DNA of 49,647 nt, counting the filler, from Jimgerdemannia flammicorona (Eukaryota): NCBI GenBank assembly GCA_003990765.1. It is 2 parts of 2 records of this genome, joined end to end, with 100 filler letters (N's around TTAATTAATTAA, not from the genome) between each part and the next. Parts side by side here need not be neighbours in the genome. Positions count along the whole stretch, not along the records: positions 24,876 to 49,647 come from RBNJ01000927.1; 1 more part is not named here. One strand, 5' to 3'. Below the pieces are notes generated by a model. That model ran no database searches. It was not told where the DNA came from and saw only the letters and a list, made by a program, of their open reading frames with translations. A program made the position numbers and the translations under genes. The stretch's first letter is position 1. Each line of letters opens with the position of its first letter. Positions 41,643 through 49,647 of this stretch are shown piece after piece.

Positions 41643-44524
41643 GGTATAAGAACAAGTATATCTTGAGGTGATTGATGTATACTGGTGTTCTCAGGGTTCA
41701 TCCATCCATGCTTCTTAAATAGATGCTGGTTTCTCTGATGTTGTGTACAAGATAAGGTACTTCCCATTTTGGTTCTAGTTTGGCAGCAAAGTTTGTCTCA
41801 ATCATGCTTCTCTAAACTAGGACTTGATCTCCAATCTTGATCTTCTGATCCTTCTGTTTTTGGTTATAGTACTTCTTTTGTCTTTCCTGAGCTTTGATAA
41901 TCTGTCCTTGGGCTTGATTTCGTAACTGTTCTGCCTTCTTGAGGAGGTCTCCGAGATTCTCATGGTCAGTAGTTCTAGTTTTCTTGGCAAACATCATTTC
42001 GAATGGCTTTTGTTTGGTAGATGCAGCAGGAGTGTTCTGAATTTCCCATAGGATCTCAGGTAAGCAGAGGTCCCAATTAGTAGGGTTGACTTGGGCAAGT
42101 CCTTTCTTGATGGTCTGGTTCATTCTTTCTGTCATGCCATTGGTCTGGGGGTGATATGATGTAGTCCTTTTGAGGTGGATCTTGTGAATTCAGGCATAAC
42201 TTGTGATTATGTTATTGATGAATTCTGTGCCTCGGTCAGAGATAAGTTCTTCTGGAGGTCCATATCTGAGTGTGAGTCCATGGAGGAGGCCTACAATAGT
42301 TAAGGCATCTGCGATTTCCATTGGGAAAGCCTCTGGCCACTTGGTCAGATGTTCTACAAATACAAGGATGTATTTGTTTCTTCTTGGTGTAACTGGTAGA
42401 GGTCCAATTACATCTACTCTCCATCTTTGGAAGATGTGAGTGGGTGTGGGAATCGGTTGCAGAGGGGCTTGATAGTTCTTCTTTCCTTGATACTTCTGAC
42501 AGATGTCACATTTCTGAATGATGTCTCGGACTTGGGTTTTGAGGTGGGGTCAATGTTGATGTTGTTTTTGAATCTTGTCTTCTATGTATGTCTATCCTTG
42601 GTGGGCTTTCTGATGTTACTGTTGGATGAGATTTTCTTGTTCCTTGATGGTCTGAGGGGCTTCTTTTAGGGTGTAGTTCCTCAGGACACCCTTCTTCTGG
42701 TTCATTGGGGCTGGCAGGAAAGTACATCAACATTGTTGTAAGCTTTCCCTGCTTTGTGAATGATGGTGATTTTGTAATTCTGAAGGATGAGGATCCAGCA
42801 GGCTAGAATTCCAATAGGTTTCTTGTGGTTGAATAGCCATTTGAGGGCTGCATGGTCTGTGGTCAGGGTGAACCTTTTTCCAATAAGGTAATGCTTGAAC
42901 AGGGTGACTGCCCATATGACTGCAAGACATTCCAGTTTGGTGCTGCTATAGTTCATCTGCTGCTGGTTGGTAGCCCTGCTTGTATAAGCTATCACATAGT
43001 GTTGTTGATCAGGTCCTTCTTGGGACAGTACTGCCCTGAGGCCATCTTTGGAAGCATCTGTATACAAGATGAATGACTTCTGTAAATTAGAGCACATAAG
43101 GATTGGTGCTGTAGTCATGTGGTTCTTGAGTTCTCTGAAGGCTTTTTCCTGTGATTCTATCCATTTGAATGGCACTCCTTTCTTGAGAAGGGTTCGGATT
43201 GGAGTAGCAATTTAGGCAAAATCTTTGATAAACCTTCTGTAGTAAGATACTAGCATCAAGAATGATAGTGTTTCCTTTGGAGTCTTGGGTACTGGCCAAT
43301 TGTTGATCTTCTCGGTTTTCTTTGGGTCTGCATGAGTTCCTTCTTTTGAAATCATGAATCCCAGGAATTCGAGTTTCTGTTTTCCAAAGTAGCATTTCTT
43401 TGCATTCAGTCTCAAGTGATTCTTGTGGGTGAGCTTAAAGAATTCCTCTAGGTAGTGCAGGTGTTCTTTGAAATTTGCTGAATAGATGTTGGAATCATCC
43501 ATATATACAATCAGACAGTGGTGAATCAAGGGGGCATAGACTGAATTCATCATCCTCTAAAAGGTGGGGGGTGCATTGCAGAGTCCAAAAAGCATTCAGA
43601 GGTATTCAAACAGTTTTCCTAGAGCAAGGAAGGCTGTCTTTTGAATGTCCTTGGGGTCCATGGGGATCTCATGGAATCCTGTGAAGAGGTCTATACTGCT
43701 GAAGTATCTGGCATCTTATAACTGGTCCAAAAGGTCATCAATTCTGGGCAAAGGATAAGCATCCTTTTCAGTAACTGAGTTGAGTTTTCTGTAATCCACA
43801 CAGAGTCTCCATCCTCCTTTCTTTGGTACAATAAGTATAGGGCTGGCCCAGGGGCTGGTAGAGAGTTGGATGACTCCATTGTCTAAAAGTTCTTGTATGT
43901 GCTCTTTTTCAAATGTTTTTAAGTGATGGGGTATTCTATAGGGTTTCTGCCAGATAGGTGTTGCACTTTCTGTATTTATGCTGTGGTGATATGATAGATT
44001 GTATAGCAGGTTGCCATAATTGGTGGTGAAGATATCTTGATATTTATTGAGAAGTTCTACTAGTTGTTGCTGTTGTTGAGGTGTCAATTCTTCTCCAATG
44101 TTGGTAGAAGGCTTCACTGTCTCCTGGGTCGCAGAGGGGCCTTTCCTTTCTTCTGGGACCTTTTGCTGTTTCCCGATAGGTTTAGTTCATAAACTTCTCT
44201 GTGAGTTCGGTTGAGAAAGGCACCAGATGTCCTATGATGGTTCCTTTTGACAGGATGATGGTCTCCCAACTTTGGTTGGTTGCTCGGGAGTGTACTGGGT
44301 TCATCTTGTCAGGGAATGTGTGTCCCTCTATATCTAGGTGTGGAATATCTTCCTTGGGTTTAAAGAAAAGGTTTCTGGGGTTGGGTGGTGCAAAGATTTC
44401 GAAAGTAGTTTATTCTCCAGGCTCCAGGATGAGATTCTTGTGCAGTCTGACTAGTTGCCAGTATACTTGCTGGGGAACATTCCTCTTGAGGTGGTTGACT
44501 TGAAGGAGATGTACCTCTTTCCTG

Positions 44525-44935
44525 TCTGAACTTCCAAATCCCTCAGTTTGTCTTGTTCCTTCAGTTAGTTCAGAGACTTCCTGTAACTGCAGGGTCTTGA
44601 CCTTCATGAAGACTGCTTGGGCAATCTTCTATCCTCTAATGATTCAGTGCCATTCTGCACTGCTGTTGTGTAGGATAACCTTGATCTTGCCTATATATCT
44701 AGGGTCAATGGTTCCTCCTTCTACAGTTATTTCTTGTCTGGCAAGTCTGGACCTTGAGGTCAGTTGAATATAAGCTCCTTGAGGTGGCTGCATGGCTAAT
44801 CCAGTTCTGACCATGAAGGTTTTTCCAGGCTTGATAGATTTATCCTCCAGGCTGTGAAGATCATATCCTACATCCTCTGGGTGGGCTTTGGTTGGGGGTT
44901 TGGTCTTGGGGTGCAGCAGAGCATACTGGGCAATG
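44525..44935 (-). pseudogene. dUTPase domain in C, between protease and RT
   Basis: PTKAHPEDVGYDL...RTGLAM...SRSRLA...VEGGTIDPRYIGKI...KIAQ...RQTEGFGSS. Confidence 0.92.
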
Positions 44936-47900
44936 TCCTTGCTGAGTTCACACTTTCCTAAGGCTGAAGCTCCACTAGCGGAAAGCCTCCAAGCTCTAAG
45001 GTTGAGGTGTGGCCATCTGGCTCCAGTAGAGGGGTCTCAGAGGTAATTGATTCTCCTTCTTCCTGTAGGGTCAAGGGCTTCCATGAAGTTGGTGGCATCT
45101 TCTGCCCATCCTTAGCAGGTTATATGTCTGATGAGAGCTAGGATGTCTTCTCCCAAATCATAGATCTTGAGAATTCTTTTTCCAGGCTTCTTGGTCTGGC
45201 TTTTTCGAATCTGACTTTTTTGGATCTGGCTTCAGTTATCTCCTTTCTTCAAGGTGTACACTGCAACATCATGACTGAGGTGAATCTTCTGATGTCTGCA
45301 GTCTCAGCAATCAGAGTGTCTCTCATGATTGCAATATCCCATTGCTCGAAAATGATGTTCCCAGCTATTTATCTCTTGTTGTCTTGAGAATCGGTACCCA
45401 TTTTGATCATAGGTTGGGGGAAGGGTAGACAAGGGGTATATTTCTGTTTTGGTAAAGAAGCCTTGTCCTCTAAATTGACTTTGTAACCTTGTGGTGACTT
45501 CTTGAAAGGTAGTAGACTGTGCAAGAGTAGTTGGGGGTTCTGGTCTCTAGGGTCTCTATCTTTCTTATTGGTCCAACAGATGACACTGATAGCAGTAGTC
45601 TTGGGGAGAGTGGAAGACCATTTGATGTGGACATCTTTCTAGCTGGAAAGCTTTCTCTTGGTGGGTTTCTTTCTTGGGGATAATGGTGATAGTACTGGGT
45701 CCTTCCTCTGTATTCCAGGGGTCATTGTCTTCAGGTGGTATCCAGCGAGGGTCATCCCAGGAGATGAGTTCAGGGACTTCTTCTTCATCAGGTGCTTCTT
45801 GTTCAGGAACTTCTTAGTCAGAAGTTTCTTCTTCCTCAGATGATTCTTGACCCCAAATTGCTTGTACTTCTGCAGCCTCAGTTGCAGGTGTTTCTGGGAC
45901 ATGTCTGTATTTCTTTTTCTTCCTTCTGCACTCTGGGCAGGCTATGCCAGGTGATTTCCTTGTTGCCATGATCTTGGAGGAGTGCTCAGGACACTTGTGT
46001 CTCTTGAGGCATGTAGGGCATCCTTTGGCTTCTCCTGCAATGGCTCCAATGGTGATAGGAATAGTGTTCTTGGCCCACACATTGTCTTCTGGTCTATCAT
46101 CCATCAGATTGATTCAGGAATTGAGTCTGGGATCATTTCCATCTTTAGATTCTTCCTCTTCTTCTGTGGTAGATTCTTTGCTGCTGGCATACTCTTCCTG
46201 AATAGTGACTTTCTTTTTCTTCTTTGATTGCTCATAGCTGGTCACCTTAACTCTATACTTCTTGCCTTGGTAATCAAACTTAACTACTTGTTGGCCGATA
46301 TCAACAACTGCATTCATTTCCTTCATCCAGTTGGTGCTAAGAATCATATCATAGGTAACAGCTTCGGTGATAACAGCTTTGGGGATGGAGAACTGAATGT
46401 GTCCAAGAGAGATAGTGATATTTCATACTTCTCCAAGGGGTTGAGTTCAGGCTCCATCTGCTACTATGATGCTGAGGTTGGATGGTCCATCAATGGGCCA
46501 TTGGAGGGTGTCCAGGAATCATTTGGCAATGATACAGATAGCTGCTCCTGTGTCTATGAGGATTTTCGCTTTTTGTCCTCTGATATCTCTATGTAGATAG
46601 GTGCTGACATGTCTTTCAGCTGCTTGAACAGAGATAGGAGCTGGTTCTTGCTGTGGGATTGGAACTCAGCCAGTGCTAGACCTTGTAGTTCTCAGCAATT
46701 TGTTTCAAACTCCAGCTGGTGTCAATTGCAAGAACTGCAGGAGGGGGACTTCCATCTTGGCCTCTTGAATCTTCTGCCAGGCTTCATTGTAAATGTCTCT
46801 AGGCATAGTCTTTGGAGTATACTTTTTCTTAGGCTTTGGAGCAGCAGGTTTCCATTCTTCTTATTCCATTTCTTCATCTTCTGGTGGCAACTCATTTGTC
46901 TCAGAGACAAAAGGTGAGGGGGTTCAGGGGGGTGTTTCAACTTGTTCCTCCTCATGTTCTTCATCTTCTTCTTAGATAATTCTTCTGCTGATGTTCCTAG
47001 ATGGTCTTCCTACAGGTCTCTTTCTTTTTTCTACTAGGTAGACTGTCTTTCGGGTGGTAACCTTGGTAAGGTATAAGTCTAGGTCACTGTAGTCTTCACT
47101 GTTGCTTACTTCTTCGAAATCTTCAACAGGATGGGCTTCAGTCTTCTTGTACTGAGTGTCACTCCTTCAGTTTCATGGTTCTGAGTCCCTTCGGTCACTT
47201 CTTTTGTTGTCACATTCAGTAGTATAGTGTTTGAATTGTCCACAGTGGAAGCATTGGACTTGGGCTCTGTCTCGGACAGAGTACCTTCTTTCTTCTTGCT
47301 GGTAATTCCTGTTATCTCTTGGTGGGTAACCTTGGCTCCTCTGTGGTGGGTACCCCCTGTTGTTTTGATAGTCCTGATTTTCACATGTGGTGAGTTTTTC
47401 AATCTATCCAACCAATCAGTCTAACTTGGAGCTGAGGTCTTGAATTTCACTTCTGTCCTTCTTTCCTTCCTTGGCTGGCCTTCTTTCTTTGGATCTTTCT
47501 TGTCCTTGAAGGAGTCCTTGCAGGGCTTTGATCAGGATATCTTCTTTATCTTCCTTCTTATCATGATCACTCCAGGTAGTTCCTTGCCTGACATCAAAGA
47601 ATTCTTGAGCTGTATCTACTTGCTCTTCAGACCTTCTGATGCCTAGGTTGCAGACATACTGGGCAATATTTGGGGAAATTCCATTCATGAAGGTCATTGG
47701 GCCTATGATATCCTAGTTGGTGGCATTGAACCCGGCAGAATATATTCTCTTCTGGATTCTTGTGAAGAAGGCTCTGGGTGATTCTCCAAGATTCATCTTC
47801 ATCCCTATGATAGATTCCTGAGCCTTGTGATGGGTTTCATTTTCTGCATACTTTTTGATGAGCCAGTGGACCATGGCCTCATATTCTAGCTCATCAGAGA

Positions 47901-48652
47901 ATGCCACTTATATCTGTCTTGCTAGTTCCGAATCTGGGTTATTTGCTGTTCAGTGAAAAATTCCTCTAGCTGGTTCTCTAAGCTGGGCTTTGTAGATGGT
48001 AATTTTTCTTTCATCTGAGAGGTTTCTCAAGGCTGTAATTCCTTCAATTCCATCAAGGAATTCTCTGGGGTCCTCCTCTGGATATCCTGCAAAGGTTGGC
48101 AATGAGGTGGCCATTTCTTTGTCACTTTCTTCTGATTCTGGTTCAGGTTCAGATTCTGATTCTGATTCACTTTCTGAACTGTCACTAGAGACAGGGGTGC
48201 TTGGGTATCTTGAAGATGATGTTCTGGTTCTTGGGTGAGATGAGATAGGCCTAGGTATTCTTGTAGGAGCTACTTCTGGTTCTGCAAGTGGTTGTGGTAG
48301 AGGTTCTATTGGTGAGATTGGTGGGACTGGTGTGGGGTGTCTGGCTGTAAAGTGTTGGGTCCAGGTAATAAAGTCTTCTAATTCTTGTGCAAGTTCTCCA
48401 AAATCTCTAGCAGGACTGTCTGTATTATCTGGTTGATCTGGTTGGGGATTTCGGGCTGTACTGCCTCCTGCTTCTGGTTGGAATCCTTCTGATGCTGAGT
48501 AGTTGGCAAGTCTTGAGGTGATTACTTCTCTTTCTGTCCAAATGCTAGTGATGACTAGTTCTCCTATAGTGGCAGAGGTTGGTGTTGTATCAAATGTATC
48601 CAGTTTGACTGTGGGTTCTTGTGAGCTAAAAAGTCACATTAATTTTAAAATC

Positions 48653-48670
48653 TTCCCAGTTGAGCCCCCA
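48653..48670 (-). promoter_or_regulatory. Primer-binding site of C, tRNA-Pro type
   Basis: TGGGGGCTCAACTGGGAA, 2 nt from the 5' LTR; 14/18 identical to the classical tRNA-Pro PBS TGGGGGCTCGTCCGGGAT, with two differences being CpG-type transitions. Confidence 0.78.
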
Positions 48671-48672
48671 AA

Positions 48673-49328
48673 TGTAACGTGCCGGCTCAATGAAGGCAAA
48701 TTATAAGGTTGGGGGGTTGATGTAGTTTGGCTTGAGCCCCCAGTTACTTTGTCAAAAAGCAATAAAATGTTCTAAGATTCCTAAGATCCTTGGTATTTAG
48801 CAGTATAATAGTCAAAGCTGGATATCTGCGAGTGGTTTCCTTATTGGGACTGTTCTCTGGGTATAGTAGTGACTTATATCTCTCCTTCTTGGGTTGACTG
48901 GGAATGGTACAATTTGTATAGCAAGGTAATTTCTAAAAGTATGCAATTTCTGGGTGACAATCTTGATGCAATAATCTTTGTATAGCATGACAATCTCCTT
49001 GTGTGTGACGGTCTGGCAATTTAGCAGTTCTCCTTATGTGATTTCTGTGTGACGATTCTTGTGTAACATGACGATTTCCAAAAGTATACGATTTCTGATA
49101 GATAGCTCGATTTGGCTCACTGGGAATTGTATGGTGTGGATTCTTCTATAATGGGCTCACTGGGAATAACAAATAACTTAGATGTTACAGATTCTTTCTG
49201 AATTGGTGGGGTTCTTCTGGGAATGCAGTAGATAACTCGAAATGGCAGATGACGCAGATTCTTCCTGAATCGGTGGACTTCTTGAAAATGGCGACTTAAC
49301 TGGGAATTAACTCGGATGGCGTGGATTC
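48673..49328 (-). repeat. 5' LTR of C (partial)
   Basis: Matches 39634-40289, then similarity stops abruptly. Confidence 0.88.
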
Positions 49329-49647
49329 AATAACACCTTCCACCGGTAACTTTCAGGTGACACAAGATTTGGACAACACTTTCTGTGAAGTTTTTGGTGA
49401 AAAGCTACTATCAACATGGCGAGCAACGAGCAAACTGGTGGGCAGGCCGGCCAGGGGGGCAGCCGTGCCTTCGACTGGCAGCAGGTTGGGAGGAAACGAG
49501 GAGATGGTTTGGGGATGCCGGGGCCATCTGTGGTGGGCGGTGGCGCTGGAGGTGGAGGGAGAGGTAGACTGAGGCAGAGAGGTGGGGGGAGGGCGACCTT
49601 TGCCGACAGGGTCAGGATGGGGAAGATGGCCACAGGGCTGGATGGTT
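49329..49647 (+). mobile_element. Probable 5' end of a young LINE (5' UTR plus ORF1 start at 49416, open to the window end)
   Basis: Abrupt switch to CpG-containing sequence inside the C LTR; MASNEQTGG...WQQVGRKR...RGGGRATFADRVR resembles LINE ORF1 N-termini. No diagnostic domain lies within the window. Confidence 0.5.

Larger units (their letters stand above)
39634..49328 (-). mobile_element. Ty3/Gypsy family C (gag-PR-Cys/His spacer-dUTPase-RT-RH-IN-ORF3; no chromodomain seen); 5' LTR interrupted at 49329
   Basis: 3' LTR 39634-41090 (TGTAA...TTACA) matches 48673-49328; knuckle CFHCGQFKHYTTEC (~47212-47255); protease ILIDTGAA (~46540-46566); [26 protein letters not shown]; RNase H LYTDAS; integrase SDRGTEF, YHPQTNG.TERMN. 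Confidence 0.93.

Overview
Eukaryotic (fungal) genomic DNA. The intron-rich, GC-rich genes and heavily C-to-T-eroded repeats suggest an early-diverging fungus such as Mucoromycota; this is an inference. A CpG-rich island (~14.9-24.8 kb) holds a head-to-head gene pair: PEX6 (minus strand, 16 predicted exons, unusual ~310-aa acidic repeat tail) and ARPC2 (plus strand, 5 exons). The two genes are separated by a 420-bp promoter packed with TGACG repeats. Almost everything else is a nest of decayed retroelements: three Ty3/Gypsy LTR families (A, two copies; B, three copies; C, one copy; all on the minus strand), three decayed L1/Tx1-like LINE pieces and a probable young LINE 5' end. An artificial N44-TTAATTAATTAA-N44 linker at 24776-24875 means the two halves may not be adjacent in the genome. 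Main observations: (1) all three Gypsy families carry a complete dUTPase, at two different polyprotein positions; (2) family B carries a ~365-codon ORF inside the U3 of its ~2-kb LTR, and family C carries an apparently homologous ~183-codon ORF between integrase and the 3' LTR, suggesting an uncharacterised accessory-protein family; (3) one B subfamily has swapped that U3 cassette for unrelated sequence.
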